A stretch of DNA of 64,000 nt, taken from NCBI GenBank assembly GCA_965221695.1, contig OZ244905.1:1632001-1696000 (forward strand), given 5' to 3'. The position numbers and the translations under genes are program-made. This DNA is from Gammaproteobacteria bacterium. Its GTDB lineage: Bacteria; Pseudomonadota; Gammaproteobacteria; Eutrophobiales; Eutrophobiaceae. Within the stretch, counting starts at the first letter, position 1. The number at the start of each line of letters is the position of its first letter. Of the stretch, positions 11,613 to 22,605 are shown one piece after another. The notes under the pieces were generated by a model, which saw nothing but the letters and a program-made list of their open reading frames with translations, had not been told where the DNA came from and searched no databases.

Positions 11613-12953
11613 CTAATCAATCGTATCAAGCGCCTTGCGAACGGTATCGAAGGTCTGTTCAAGCAGGTCCGGCGTGAAGGTCAAAAACGGTGAGAATGCC
11701 AGAGTATCCATGCTGTGGCGCACCATCAGACCCTGTTCAAAGCAACTGACATGGGCCTCCATGCCGCGCACGCCCGGCGCGCCGGGACGCGGGGCCATCT
11801 CAATGGCGCCCATCAGCCCGAAATTGCGGATGTCGATCACGTGCGGGGCATCGCGCAACGCATGCAGCGCATCTTCAAACAACGGTTCCAGTTCAGCGAC
11901 CTTGGAACCGATATCTTCCTCGCTATAACACTCCAGCGCCGCCAGGCCGGCAGCCGCGGCCACCGGATGTCCGGAATAGGTATAACCGTGGAAAAACTCG
12001 ATCGCGTGTTCAGGGCCGTTCATAAAACTCTGGTAGATGGCATCGCTGACCAGCACAGCGCCCATCGGAATTACCCCGTTGGTGATGCCCTTGGCGGTGG
12101 TGATGATGTCTGGCATCACGCCAAACCGCTGGCAGCCGAACGGTGTGCCGATGCGGTGAAACGCGGTAATCACCTCATCGAAGATCAACAGGATACCGTG
12201 GCGGGTGCAGATTTCCCGCAAACGCTGCAGGTAGCCCCGGGGCGGCGCCAGTACCCCGGCGGAACCGGCAACCGGTTCGACGATCACCGCGGCAATATTT
12301 TCCGCGTTGTGTAACGCAACAATTCGCTCCAGCTCATCAGCCAGGTGCAGACCCCACTCGGGTTCGCCCCTGCTGAACGCGTTATGTTCCAGGTCCAGCG
12401 TATGAGGGAGATGATCTACGTTCGGCAGCATCGCATTGCCGAACATCTTCCGGTTTCCCGGGATACCGCCGACCGACATCCCGCCAAAATTTACGCCGTG
12501 ATAGCCTCTTTCGCGGCCGATCAGCTTGATCCTGGTCCCTTCCCCGCGCACCCGGTGCCAGCCCAGCGCTATCTTCAACGCGGTATCGACGGCCTCCGAG
12601 CCGGAATTGGTGAAGAACACGTGGTCAAATCCATTGGGCGCGAAATGGATTAACTTTTCCGCCAGGTCGAACGCCCCGGTATGGCTCACCTGGAACGCCG
12701 CGGCATAATCCAGCCTGGCCACCTGTTCCTGCACTGCACTGACGATCCTGGGGTGGCAGTGTCCCAGACCGGTGCTCCACAATCCTGAGAAGGAATCCAG
12801 GACAACTTTCCCTTCTGCGGTCTTGTAATAAAAACCCTGGGCGGACTCGATGATGCGCGGGCGACTCTTGAAGGCGCGGTTGGCGGTATAAGGCAGCCAG
12901 AAGGGTTCAAGGTTCAATGTGTTACCGGCAACTGGCTTTACAATTTCGTCCAT
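11613..12953 (-). CDS. Class III omega-aminotransferase (beta-alanine--pyruvate transaminase-like)
   Basis: FWLPYTANRAFK, FFTNSGSEAVDTALK, LIFDEVIT, TAKGITNG, FFHGYTYSGHP. Confidence 0.92.
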   Translation of the reverse strand: MDEIVKPVAGNTLNLEPFWLPYTANRAFKSRPRIIESAQGFYYKTAEGKVVLDSFSGLWSTGLGHCHPRIVSAVQEQVARLDYAAAFQVSHTGAFDLAEKLIHFAPNGFDHVFFTNSGSEAVDTALKIALGWHRVRGEGTRIKLIGRERGYHGVNFGGMSVGGIPGNRKMFGNAMLPNVDHLPHTLDLEHNAFSRGEPEWGLHLADELERIVALHNAENIAAVIVEPVAGSAGVLAPPRGYLQRLREICTRHGILLIFDEVITAFHRIGTPFGCQRFGVMPDIITTAKGITNGVIPMGAVLVSDAIYQSFMNGPEHAIEFFHGYTYSGHPVAAAAGLAALECYSEEDIGSKVAELEPLFEDALHALRDAPHVIDIRNFGLMGAIEMAPRPGAPGVRGMEAHVSCFEQGLMVRHSMDTLAFSPFLTFTPDLLEQTFDTVRKALDTID

Positions 12954-13183
12954 AGACGTATTTACCGGAAATAATCAGGCGATTACAGGTATTATACCCC
13001 TGACCGGGATATTGCGCCAGTTTGCCTGGCATATGACGATATTGATTATATGCGAACGGAGTTTATGAAAAGTTGAAAAATATGGTATGTGCGGAAATTG
13101 CACATACCACTCAACACGGCGCAATTCCGGGAAAAACTCAGATTCAAGCCGGTCAAATTGATACAACACGCCGTCGTGAAAGC

Positions 13184-13648
13184 ATGGGTAACAATATGAG
13201 CAATAGTAATCTCGCGCAGCCAAGTAACATCCTTCAGCAGGCAGAACAATTCTGTGTGCGTCACAAGGAACGCCTCACAAAGCCAAGACTTGAGGTGCTG
13301 AAAATTATTGCTGCAAGCGCCAAACCTTTGGGCGCTTACGAAATATTGGAACAACTGGGAAATGTAATTCAATTCCCCAAGCCACCAACTGCTTATCGGG
13401 CCATAGAATTTTGGCAGCAAAAAGGATTTATTCATCGTATTGAAAGTCTTAATGCCTATGTTCTTTGCCACGCTGAACATCAGCACAGGGGTGGGCAATT
13501 CATGATCTGTGATGATTGCGGCGTAGTCATCGAAGCCCATATCTGCGACCTGCCGGAACCGCTAAAGCATAGCGCTGCCAATAATACCTTTACGCCATCA
13601 AGTTGGAATGTTGAGATTCATGGCCTGTGCGCCCAGTGCCAACCCTGA
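13184..13648 (+). CDS. zur: Fur-family regulator, Zur-like
   Basis: RLTKPRLEVL, GAYEIL, KPPTAYRAIEF, HRIESLNAYVLC, CDDCG, HGLCAQC; start at 13184 or 13196. Confidence 0.8.
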   Translation: MGNNMSNSNLAQPSNILQQAEQFCVRHKERLTKPRLEVLKIIAASAKPLGAYEILEQLGNVIQFPKPPTAYRAIEFWQQKGFIHRIESLNAYVLCHAEHQHRGGQFMICDDCGVVIEAHICDLPEPLKHSAANNTFTPSSWNVEIHGLCAQCQP

Positions 13649-13652
13649 CAGA

Positions 13653-15113
13653 TCAGGTTCCGCAAAAGGTCTGGTGAACACGCTCACCAGGCTCAGGCGG
13701 GGTTTGATAAGGTTTCAGTAACGCTCGGTCTTTATACGGCTCTTCAAGCGCGGCCAACAAATCCGTAAAAGGCGTAAAGTCACCTCCATTTGCCGCTTCC
13801 AGGGCCTGCTCCACTTTATGATTGCGTGGGATGACGGCAGGATTGGCATTTCTCATCAGGCACAGAGATGATTCAAGTGGCTCGGGGTTTTTTCCAAGCC
13901 TGTGCTGCCATCTGAGATACCACTCGTTGAATGGCTCTTGCGCGTAGAGCTGGCCTGCTGGCTTGTCTGTTTGGCTTAGGTCACGAAACGTATTGGTGTA
14001 ATCGGCATGATTTTTCTGCATCCAGTCAAGCAGATCGGAAATAAGTTGTTCATCGCCTTTGTCTGAACCAAACAACCCAAGTTTGGAACGCATCATCGCC
14101 AACCATTTCCGCTGATATATCTGCGGGAATTGATTGATCGTCTCTTCAGCCATATTCACTGCTTTTTGCGTTTCATCATCCATGAATAACAAGAGTGTCT
14201 CGGCGAGCCTGGCAAGGTTCCATTGTGCGATCCCGGGCTGATTGGCATACGCATAACGACCCGCATGATCGATTGAACTGAAAACAGTCTGCGGGTCATA
14301 CACATCCATAAACGCGCAAGGCCCGTAATCAATAGTTTCACCGAACAGGGTCATGTTATCCGTATTCATAACCCCATGAATAAACCCAACCCGCATCCAA
14401 TGCACAATCAGGTCAACCTGCTTTTCCATCACGGCCTGAAGGAATGCCAAGGCCTTATTTTGACCCGCCGGCAGGTCGGGGTAATGACGCTGAATGGTAT
14501 AATCCATGATCGCTTCAACGGCTTTTTTGTCCTGCTGAGCGGCTGCGAACTCAAATGTTCCCACACGTATGTGAGAGCCGGCAACACGGGTTAAAATCGC
14601 ACCGGGCAAAATCGCTTCACGCATCACGGACTCACCTGTCGTCACCACGGCAAGGCTGCGCGTTGTCGGGATACCCAAATGGTGCATTGCCTCGGAAATA
14701 ACATACTCCCGCAGCATTGGCCCCAGCGCTGCTTTGCCATCGCCGCGCCGTGAATAAGGCGTTCGGCCTGCTCCCTTGAATTGAATGTCAAACCTGTCAC
14801 CATCCGGGGTGACATGTTCTCCCCAGACATGCGCGCGGCCATCGCCCAACATAGTAAAATGACCAAACTGATGCCCGGCATAGGCTTGTGCAAAAGATGT
14901 AGAAGCCCAAGGCAATCGATTCCCGGAAAACAGCTCCGCTTGCTCTTTGTCAGTCAAGTCAGAAAAATTCAGCCCCATTGACTCTGCAAGCGCACCATTC
15001 ACAATCACGATGTCCGGCGCAGCGACCGTATCTGGCCTTATCTCTGTAAAAAACTGCACCGGCAGCGTTGTATAGGTTGTATCAAAATGAAATCCGCAGT
15101 CTTTCATGAGCAT
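13653..15113 (-). CDS. selO: Protein adenylyltransferase SelO (YdiU family)
   Basis: AQAYAGHQFG, LGDGRA, QFKGAGRTPYSRRGDG, GFIHGVMNTDN, TIDYGP, IPRNH, C-terminal TFCGT; start trimmed to ATG at 15113. Confidence 0.93.
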   Translation of the reverse strand: MLMKDCGFHFDTTYTTLPVQFFTEIRPDTVAAPDIVIVNGALAESMGLNFSDLTDKEQAELFSGNRLPWASTSFAQAYAGHQFGHFTMLGDGRAHVWGEHVTPDGDRFDIQFKGAGRTPYSRRGDGKAALGPMLREYVISEAMHHLGIPTTRSLAVVTTGESVMREAILPGAILTRVAGSHIRVGTFEFAAAQQDKKAVEAIMDYTIQRHYPDLPAGQNKALAFLQAVMEKQVDLIVHWMRVGFIHGVMNTDNMTLFGETIDYGPCAFMDVYDPQTVFSSIDHAGRYAYANQPGIAQWNLARLAETLLLFMDDETQKAVNMAEETINQFPQIYQRKWLAMMRSKLGLFGSDKGDEQLISDLLDWMQKNHADYTNTFRDLSQTDKPAGQLYAQEPFNEWYLRWQHRLGKNPEPLESSLCLMRNANPAVIPRNHKVEQALEAANGGDFTPFTDLLAALEEPYKDRALLKPYQTPPEPGERVHQTFCGT

Positions 15114-15171
15114 ATGGAAGGTTGTAGTCAATGGCGGTGGAAAAGCGCCGCAAACCGAATAATATTGAATG

Positions 15172-17604
15172 TCAGATGAAAATGAAATAATCGTCCAGGA
15201 GAGGGGCCGTATAGTCTGCCAGAATGACATCGGACCAACCGTCCCCATCCAGGTCCACATAGGTGTCCGTTGATCCCTCCGGTACCCAGGAGCTGCCTTG
15301 GAAACCGGCTTCCCCGTAGCCTGACAGGACAATCCGGTCTCCTTGCCCCGGGTTGAAGTCGGCGATGGCATCATTGAACTCGCCCGTATCGCCGGGCTTG
15401 AACCAGAACTCATCAGCCTCTTGGCCGCCGACCAAATAGTCGGCGCCGGGCCCACCAACAAGGATGTCGTCCCCTATTCCGCCGTAAAGGGCATCGTCGC
15501 CGAGACCGCCATACAAGCGGTCATTACCGGCATCGCCGTTGAGATGATCATCGCCGCCGTCCGGCCCGCCGTAGAGCGTATCATCGCCGTCACGGCCGAA
15601 CAGTATGTTGTCACGTACATCACCCGCCAGGATGTCGTTGTGGTCAGAGCCGAAGAGATGTTCGATGTCGGGCAGGTTTGCTGTTTTCACACTGCCGTCG
15701 GCAGCGGTCCAACTTATCTCGACCCGACCGGCAAAGACATCGCCGGTGGCATCCCCGCCTTGCGCCACGTCACGGTGCAGACGCACGGTAACACCTGATG
15801 AGGAATCCAAATAGGCCGCATAGTCATCACCTAATCCGCCCGTTAGTCTATCCGCGCCCGGGCCACCAATCAGGATGTCGTCTTCATCGCCGCCGTCGAG
15901 GAGATCGTTCCCTTCATCGCCGCTTAGAATGTCATCACCCCATCCACCGTAGAGCTTATCGTTGCCGTTATGTCCGTAAATGAAGTTACCAACGAATAAT
16001 GAGTCGGTCCCCGTGAGCACGTCATCGTGCGCTGATCCCCAGATGTTTTCAATGCCGCCGCCCAGCGTGTCTCCGCTGGCATCACCGCCTCTGGCGATAC
16101 CGGTACCCAGGTTTATGGTGACGCCGGCCGGAGAGAACAGATAGGACACGGTATCGTCGCCGGAACCACCTAACAAGGTGTCCGCGCCCGGACCGCCGTC
16201 CAGGATGTCATCGCCATCTCCACCATCCAAGTGGTCATTACCATACCAGCCAAGAATGTGGTCGTCACCGGTCAGGCCGGCCAGATGGTCGTTGCCATCC
16301 GTACCTGTGAGCGAGTCATCGCCCGCGGTACCCGTAGTCGTTATCGTGCCAGGGTTAGCGCTGGGGTTACCGCCAGCAAAGATGAAGTGAGCCTCGTCCA
16401 GGCGGCCCGTATAGCCGTCAAGAACGATGTCATAATAGCCGTCTCCATCCAGATCCAACACCCGTGATCTCGAAAAGCCGGGGACTTGTGCGATCCAATT
16501 ATCAGGAACACCGGTAATGTTTCTGTAGGCGCTCACGTCAATCCGGTCTCCTTGCACCGGGTTGAAATCCAGGATCTTATCGGTGTAGTAAGAGGGCTCA
16601 TCACTGGGCTGGAACACAAACTTGTCAGCGCCAGCGCCGCCGGTCAGGATGTCATCGCCAGACTCGCCGACCAATAAGTTGTCGGCAGGGCCGCCTATCA
16701 GGATATCATCGCCTCCGCCGCCGTATATATTTTCAATTTCACCGAAGAAGATCAGATTCCAGGCGGCCGTCCCGTTAATAAAATCTATCGGCGCGTCATT
16801 GACGCTTCCCAGCCCTATGGCTATGCCTTCCTGTTCTTCAAAACCGAGAACATCTGGTGAATTACCAAGATACAGCGTGTCCACCCCGTCAGTGTCAACC
16901 AAGGTTACGGCGCTGGTCGGGAACCATCCCAACTGTTGATATAGATCAGTGTCCGGCACGTTGTGCGAGGTATATACAGTGTCCCCGGGGTTGATGCCGC
17001 CGGCTGGTTCCCCATAGAGTTCCCAGATGGCCGCTATATCATATAACATGGGTGATGCTGGGATGACGTCCAAGGCAAATTCGGCCGTGATGGGGTTGTC
17101 CGTTTCTTCACTGGCGTAAGACATGACGCTGAACAACCTGGCGTCCAAATCGTATTGTTTGCCCACGTTGTGGAGTCCCAAATCTCCGTTGTAGTCACCC
17201 GGGTGCCCCAGACCCAGGGCATGGCCAATCTCGTGGATGTAAGTGGTGAAAGAGTAGCTGTTTATGTCAGTTCCATACTCGACCAGCCAATCGGTTGATA
17301 CGTTGATGACAGACTGGATAATGATGCCGTTGTTGGTCGTTGAGTAGGCCCACGCGTCCGTTTCATGGTCTTGAAATAGGATATCGGCATCCTGACTGGC
17401 GATTTCCCGGAATGTGATGCCGGAGATTGTTGCCCAAGTGTCCAATGCCTCGCGGGCCAGGTATCTCCCTTCCCCGGTAAGGCCGGATAAGTTGACTGTG
17501 AGCATTTTATCCGGATCGAGGTCGAATATACGGCGTCCTGCTGCTCCCCAATATCCGTCCGTAAGTTGCCAGATAATGTCGTTATCGTCTTGCTGTGTAG
17601 ACAT
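15172..17604 (-). CDS. Serralysin-like M10 metalloprotease with RTX (GGxGxD) Ca-binding repeats
   Basis: HEIGHALGLGHP zinc motif, FSVMSY Met-turn, PMLYDIAAI, many GGxGDD repeats; ATG at 17604 chosen. Confidence 0.9.
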   Translation of the reverse strand: MSTQQDDNDIIWQLTDGYWGAAGRRIFDLDPDKMLTVNLSGLTGEGRYLAREALDTWATISGITFREIASQDADILFQDHETDAWAYSTTNNGIIIQSVINVSTDWLVEYGTDINSYSFTTYIHEIGHALGLGHPGDYNGDLGLHNVGKQYDLDARLFSVMSYASEETDNPITAEFALDVIPASPMLYDIAAIWELYGEPAGGINPGDTVYTSHNVPDTDLYQQLGWFPTSAVTLVDTDGVDTLYLGNSPDVLGFEEQEGIAIGLGSVNDAPIDFINGTAAWNLIFFGEIENIYGGGGDDILIGGPADNLLVGESGDDILTGGAGADKFVFQPSDEPSYYTDKILDFNPVQGDRIDVSAYRNITGVPDNWIAQVPGFSRSRVLDLDGDGYYDIVLDGYTGRLDEAHFIFAGGNPSANPGTITTTGTAGDDSLTGTDGNDHLAGLTGDDHILGWYGNDHLDGGDGDDILDGGPGADTLLGGSGDDTVSYLFSPAGVTINLGTGIARGGDASGDTLGGGIENIWGSAHDDVLTGTDSLFVGNFIYGHNGNDKLYGGWGDDILSGDEGNDLLDGGDEDDILIGGPGADRLTGGLGDDYAAYLDSSSGVTVRLHRDVAQGGDATGDVFAGRVEISWTAADGSVKTANLPDIEHLFGSDHNDILAGDVRDNILFGRDGDDTLYGGPDGGDDHLNGDAGNDRLYGGLGDDALYGGIGDDILVGGPGADYLVGGQEADEFWFKPGDTGEFNDAIADFNPGQGDRIVLSGYGEAGFQGSSWVPEGSTDTYVDLDGDGWSDVILADYTAPLLDDYFIFI

Positions 17605-17605
17605 A

Positions 17606-17690
17606 TTGAATTTGAGAGCAAAACAAAAATCGCATTTTTGTTTTACGTGCTCTGAACAAGTCAAGGATGGATTTGTTCAGAGCTTCCATA
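17606..17690 (+). repeat. MITE-like family A, right half
   Basis: AAAACAAAAATCGCATTTTTGTTTT and CTCTGAACAAGTCAAGGATGGATTTGTTCAGAGCTTCC match 8258-8330. Confidence 0.8.
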
Positions 17691-17754
17691 GTATTTCTTT
17701 GAAATTGGACTGTATTCTGACAGCATGGTTTTGTCCAATATATCCAAACAACTT

Positions 17755-17845
17755 TGGCGGAGAGAGAGGGATTCGAACCCTCGATGGGCTTTTAACCCAT
17801 ACTCCCTTAGCAGGGGAGCGCCTTCAGCCACTCGGCCACCTCTCC
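17755..17845 (-). tRNA. tRNA-Ser(GCT)
   Basis: Reverse complement GGAGAGGTGGCCGAGTGGCTGAAGGCGCTCCCCT-GCT-AAGGGAG...GAGGGTTCGAATCCCTCTCTCTCCGCCA with long variable arm; usual position after csrA. Confidence 0.97.
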
Positions 17846-17913
17846 GTTGGCGGGCCGGTCGGTAATACCGGCCCTGATGTGTGAGGGTCCCGGAACCCTA
17901 TGCGCGGTGTAGA

Positions 17914-18189
17914 TTACTTATCTTCATCGTGGTATTCCGGATCGCCGTCGTTGACTTCCAGACTGGCGTCTTCCTCCGATTCATCCATGTACTCCTGGGC
18001 AAGCTGGGCTTTCGCCTTCTTGACCTTTTCAAGTTGGATGCGCTCGTAGATTTCCTCCCGATGCACCGCAATTTCTTTGGGAGCGTTGACTCCGATGCGG
18101 ACCTGGTTGCCGCGTATTCCGAGTATGGTTACATTGACATCATCTCCAATCATCAGAGACTCGCCAATCCTACGTGTTAGTATCAACAT
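17914..18189 (-). CDS. csrA: Carbon storage regulator CsrA with acidic C-terminal extension
   Basis: [18 protein letters not shown]...[25 protein letters not shown]. Confidence 0.97.
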   Translation of the reverse strand: MLILTRRIGESLMIGDDVNVTILGIRGNQVRIGVNAPKEIAVHREEIYERIQLEKVKKAKAQLAQEYMDESEEDASLEVNDGDPEYHDEDK

Positions 18190-18272
18190 CTTATTTTCTC
18201 CTATTATTCCCTAGGTATTAACTATATTAGCCTTTTTCGATGATAATTGCCTTATAAAATATTACGCGCCGA

Positions 18273-19517
18273 TCATCCTGCGGCATCATCAAACACATTG
18301 TCCTCGCCCTCAAGACCGAAAGCGGAGTGTAATGTCCTTACACCCAGCTCCAGGTACTTCTCATCAACAACCACCGATATCTTTATTTCAGAGGTGGATA
18401 TCATCTGGATGTTGATGCCCTCGGCGGCGAGCGCCGAGAACATTTTACTTGCGATGCCTGCATGAGATCGCATCCCTACTCCCACCACTGAAATCTTGAC
18501 AATCTGATTATCTCCCAAGACTTCTCTCCCGTCCAGGTCCCGGGCAGTCTTTTCCAGCAACGCCTTGGCCTTGCCGAAATCATTCCGGTGTACGGTGAAG
18601 GTAAAGTCAGTGGACTGGTCCACGCCGGTATTCTGGACGATCATATCGACCTCGACGCCGGCCTCGGCAATGGGGTTGAGTATTGCGCCGGCGATGCCGG
18701 GCCTGTCAGGCACGCCGCGCAAGGTCAGTTTAGCTTCGTCTCGGTTATGGGCAATGCCCGCTATCAGCGCCCGTTCCATTTCTTCATCCTCGTTTGTGAT
18801 CAAGGTGCCCGGGCCTTCCTCGAAAGAAGACAGGACACGTAATGGTACTTTATACTTGTTGGCGAACTCGACTGAGCGTATCTGTAGCACTTTCGCCCCT
18901 AAGCTGGCCAACTCCAGCATCTCCTCGTAGGATACCTTGTCCATGCGCCTGGCTGCAGGCACGATCCGGGGGTCGGCGGTGTATACGCCGTCCACGTCAG
19001 TGTAAATCCTGCATTCAGCGGCGTTCAGCGCTACTGCCATGGCAACGGCGGTGGTATCGGTACCCCCGCGCCCAAGCGTGGTGATGTTGCCGTTCTCGTC
19101 AATGCCCTGAAATCCTGCAATCACGACTATCTTGTTATCCGACAGGTCTTTTTTTACCCGCACCGCCTCGATATCGATGATACGGGCCTTGTTGTGAACG
19201 TTGTCCGTAAGAATATGCACCTGCCCGCCGGTGTAGGAGACCGCCGGATACCCGTGCTCCTGCAATACCATGCTCAATAGGGCGATGGTGACCTGTTCAC
19301 CCGTCGACAACAACACGTCGAGTTCGCGTGAATCAGGTTTTTTGGCCACCTGTCCCGCGAGTTCGATAAGCCGGTCGGTCTCACCCGCCATGGCCGAGAG
19401 CACCACCACCACCTGGTGTCCCTGCTTGCGCGTGGCGATGACGATATCGGCGACCACCTTGATCCGGTCCACCGTTGCGACCGAGGTGCCGCCGAATTTT
19501 TCTACTATCAGAGCCAT
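18273..19517 (-). CDS. lysC: Aspartate kinase
   Basis: KFGGTSV, TTLGRGGTDTTAV, IYTDVDGVYTADPR, two ACT domains, ISTSEIKIS. Confidence 0.95.
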   Translation of the reverse strand: MALIVEKFGGTSVATVDRIKVVADIVIATRKQGHQVVVVLSAMAGETDRLIELAGQVAKKPDSRELDVLLSTGEQVTIALLSMVLQEHGYPAVSYTGGQVHILTDNVHNKARIIDIEAVRVKKDLSDNKIVVIAGFQGIDENGNITTLGRGGTDTTAVAMAVALNAAECRIYTDVDGVYTADPRIVPAARRMDKVSYEEMLELASLGAKVLQIRSVEFANKYKVPLRVLSSFEEGPGTLITNEDEEMERALIAGIAHNRDEAKLTLRGVPDRPGIAGAILNPIAEAGVEVDMIVQNTGVDQSTDFTFTVHRNDFGKAKALLEKTARDLDGREVLGDNQIVKISVVGVGMRSHAGIASKMFSALAAEGINIQMISTSEIKISVVVDEKYLELGVRTLHSAFGLEGEDNVFDDAAG

Positions 19518-19528
19518 AACAACCGATC

Positions 19529-22144
19529 TTAACCCGCTGTCCTGTCAACAACCCAGGCTGGAACACTTGCCAGCGCGCCCTGTAGCGCGGACGGATCATT
19601 GCCGCCGGCCTGTGCCAGGTCCGCACGGCCTCCACCCCGTCCACCCACCTGTTGGGCGACATGATTGACCAGCTCGCCGGCCTGCAGCTTGTCCGTGTTG
19701 TCTTTCGTAACGCCCGCCACCAGGCTGACTTTACCAGTTTTAACCGTACCGAGCACGATAACCGCGCTGCCCAGTTTACTCTTCAACTGATCGACCATGT
19801 CACGCAATGTTTTCGGATCTGCCCCGTCCATGTTGTGGGCAAGAACATGAATGCCGTTGACCAGTTCAGCCTGTTCGCTCAGATCAGCGCCGGCCTGACT
19901 GGCCATTTTATCTTTTACCTGTCTCAACTCCTTCTCCAAACGCCTAGAATTCTCCAGTAGCTGTTCCAGTTTTGCCGTAAGCTTGCTACGGTCGGACTTG
20001 AGCAAACGCGCCAGTTCGGCCAACTGCGCTTCTTCGCCCTCGACCAGGGCCAGCGCGCCCAGCCCGGTTACCGCTTCCACCCGGCGAATGCCTGCGGCAA
20101 TCCCGGTCTCAGTAGTGAATTTGAACAGCCCTATGTCGCCGGCGCGCGCCACGTGAGTGCCGCCGCACAGTTCCACCGAAAAATCGCCGCCGATGTTCAA
20201 TACCCGTACCTTTTCGTCGTATTTCTCGCCGAACAGTGACATTGCGCCCGACTTCAGCGCGTCGTCGAGAGGCATCAAGCGGATTTCGGTATCGATGTTT
20301 TCCAGTATCTTGCGATTGACAAGCCGTTCTATCTGCAACAGTTGCTGTGCCGAAACCGGTTCGGGATGGGAAAAGTCAAAGCGTAACCGGTCCGGCGCCA
20401 CCAGGGATCCCTGCTGGGTCACATGCTCACCGAGCGCCTCTCGCAATGCCGCATGCAGCAAGTGGGTGGCCGAGTGGTTGCGCACCGTATTGATGCGCGT
20501 AACGGGATCGACCCGGGCTTCTGCCTGCTGACCGACCCGGATTGTCCCCTCACTTACTCTGCCGCTATGAATATGGGCATTCCCCTGTTTTTGCGTGTCA
20601 TCGACAACAAACACGCCTGTATCCGAAACCAGTTCGCCCCGGTCGCCGACCTGGCCGCCGGATTCCGCATAGAACGGGGTGCGATCCAGTACGACTCCGC
20701 CGGATTGGCCTGCTTCGATAGCTTCGACTATCTGGTTGTCCTGAAGCAAGGCAGTGACCTGCCCGGAGGTATGCAGGGAATCGTAACCTTCGAAACCGGA
20801 AGCATGGTTCTTCAGGTCGGGCAGAACGGAGATATCCACGTTGAACTTGTTCGCTTCCCGCGCACGCCGGCGTTGTTCCTGCATGCATTGCTCGAACCCT
20901 TCCTGGTCCAGTTCCAGGTTGCGCTCGCGGGCTATATCGGCGGTCAGGTCGACAGGAAAGCCGTAAGTATCGTACAGCTTGAACACGACTTCACCCGGAA
21001 TGGTGCCGGAGACCAGGGTCCCGACTGCAGATTCCAGGTGTTTAAGCCCTTGCTCCAAGGTTTCCGTAAAACGTTCTTCTTCTTGCTTCAGGGTATTTAT
21101 CACGAATTCTTTGCTCCTGCCCAATTCAGGACAGGCTGCTCCCATGATCGCATCCAGCGGCTCCACCAGCTTGTGGAAGAACGGCTCATTCAGGCCCAGC
21201 CTGGAGCCGTGACGCAGCGCCCGGCGGATGATCCGGCGCAGCGCATAACCCCGGCCCTCGTTGGCCGGGATGACGCCGTCCGCGACCAGGAAAGCGCAGG
21301 AGCGGATATGGTCGGCAATTACCCGGGTTGAAATAAGATCCGCGCCGCTATCCCCTGCGAGGGATTGCACTGCCTTGATTAGAGGGAGAAACAGGTCTGT
21401 TTCATAGTTGTTGCGTACCCCCTGCAGTAGCGCCGCGGTCCGCTCCAGGCCCATGCCCGTATCGACTGATGGCTTCGGCAGGGGATGTAGCTTGCCTTGC
21501 GCATCGCGGTTGAATTCCATAAACACCAGGTTCCATATCTCCACGTAGCGGTCGCCATCCTGCTCCGCGCTGCCGGGCGGGCCGCCGGACACATCCGGCC
21601 CGTAATCATAAAATATCTCGCTGCAAGGCCCGCAGGGTCCCGTGTCCCCCATCGACCAGAAATTGTCTTTCTCTCCGCAACGGCTGAACCGCTCCTTGCT
21701 GACTCCGATCTTTTGCAACCAGATGTCTTCCGCCTCGGCGTCATCCTGGTAGACGGTTACCCATAGTTTCTCTGCGGGTATGGCCAGCTCCTCGGTCAGG
21801 AACTCCCAGGCATATTCAATGGCCTGTTCCTTGAAGTAGTCGCCGAAACTGAAGTTGCCCAGCATCTCGAAAAAAGTATGGTGGCGAGCAGTGTATCCGA
21901 CATTGTCCAGGTCGTTATGTTTACCGCCGGCGCGTACGCAACGCTGGGCAGTCACCGCCCGCGCGCAGGCGCGTTGCTCCAGCCCGAGGAATACATCCTT
22001 GAACTGCACCATGCCGGCATTGGTGAACAATAGCGTCGGATCATTGGCCGGCACCAGTGGTGAACTTGGCACCACTTCATGTCCGTGCCGGCTGAAATAA
22101 TCCTGGAACCGCCGGCGAATGTCATTTGCTGCGATGTACTTCAT
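19529..22144 (-). CDS. alaS: Alanine--tRNA ligase
   Basis: [56 protein letters not shown]. Confidence 0.98.
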   Translation of the reverse strand: MKYIAANDIRRRFQDYFSRHGHEVVPSSPLVPANDPTLLFTNAGMVQFKDVFLGLEQRACARAVTAQRCVRAGGKHNDLDNVGYTARHHTFFEMLGNFSFGDYFKEQAIEYAWEFLTEELAIPAEKLWVTVYQDDAEAEDIWLQKIGVSKERFSRCGEKDNFWSMGDTGPCGPCSEIFYDYGPDVSGGPPGSAEQDGDRYVEIWNLVFMEFNRDAQGKLHPLPKPSVDTGMGLERTAALLQGVRNNYETDLFLPLIKAVQSLAGDSGADLISTRVIADHIRSCAFLVADGVIPANEGRGYALRRIIRRALRHGSRLGLNEPFFHKLVEPLDAIMGAACPELGRSKEFVINTLKQEEERFTETLEQGLKHLESAVGTLVSGTIPGEVVFKLYDTYGFPVDLTADIARERNLELDQEGFEQCMQEQRRRAREANKFNVDISVLPDLKNHASGFEGYDSLHTSGQVTALLQDNQIVEAIEAGQSGGVVLDRTPFYAESGGQVGDRGELVSDTGVFVVDDTQKQGNAHIHSGRVSEGTIRVGQQAEARVDPVTRINTVRNHSATHLLHAALREALGEHVTQQGSLVAPDRLRFDFSHPEPVSAQQLLQIERLVNRKILENIDTEIRLMPLDDALKSGAMSLFGEKYDEKVRVLNIGGDFSVELCGGTHVARAGDIGLFKFTTETGIAAGIRRVEAVTGLGALALVEGEEAQLAELARLLKSDRSKLTAKLEQLLENSRRLEKELRQVKDKMASQAGADLSEQAELVNGIHVLAHNMDGADPKTLRDMVDQLKSKLGSAVIVLGTVKTGKVSLVAGVTKDNTDKLQAGELVNHVAQQVGGRGGGRADLAQAGGNDPSALQGALASVPAWVVDRTAG

Positions 22145-22152
22145 CCTGCCCG

Positions 22153-22605
22153 TTATTCGCTGTTATTGAATTGTCTTCGAATCTGCTCTGAGGTAAAACC
22201 GCGATATTGCAGAAAACGTGATTGTCTTGCCTGTTGCTTAAAATCCATGGGCGCCTGCGGTCCGAATTTCTTCTCCCGCGCCGCGCTGATATGGGCTTCC
22301 CAATCCAGGCCCATAGTCGAAACCACCTGTTGCACCAGTTCTTCGGCGAGCCCGCGTTCACTCAACTCCCGGGTGATGCGCAGCGGTCCATAGCCTTTTG
22401 CAACACGGCTGCGAACATACGCTTCGGCATAGCGCGCATCATCCTGCAATCCCGCAGACCTGAGGTCTGCAAGGACCTTCTCCACCGGTTCAGGGGGAAA
22501 GCCACGCGCTGTGAGTTTTACCCGCAGTTCCTGTTTGGAATGCTCGCGCCGGGCGAGCAGGTCCAAGGCCCGTTGCCTGATTATCTGTGTCTGATCGATA
22601 TTCAG
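22153..22605 (-). CDS. recX: Regulatory protein RecX
   Basis: [35 protein letters not shown]; follows recA; start CTG 22605 or TTG 22566. Confidence 0.92.
   Translation of the reverse strand: MNIDQTQIIRQRALDLLARREHSKQELRVKLTARGFPPEPVEKVLADLRSAGLQDDARYAEAYVRSRVAKGYGPLRITRELSERGLAEELVQQVVSTMGLDWEAHISAAREKKFGPQAPMDFKQQARQSRFLQYRGFTSEQIRRQFNNSE

Noticed and set aside
13653-13670. SelO C-G-T-TGA as a CxxU selenocysteine motif
   Set aside because: TFCGT is the usual C-terminus of this YdiU subgroup with the Cys at the Sec-equivalent position; read-through would run antisense into zur, and no SECIS was recognised
15114-15461. N-terminal extension of SelO in the ORF track
   Set aside because: Overlaps the protease gene in another frame; SelO similarity starts near 15113
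17605-17664. Cys-rich N-terminal extension of the protease
   Set aside because: It is a translation of the family A repeat
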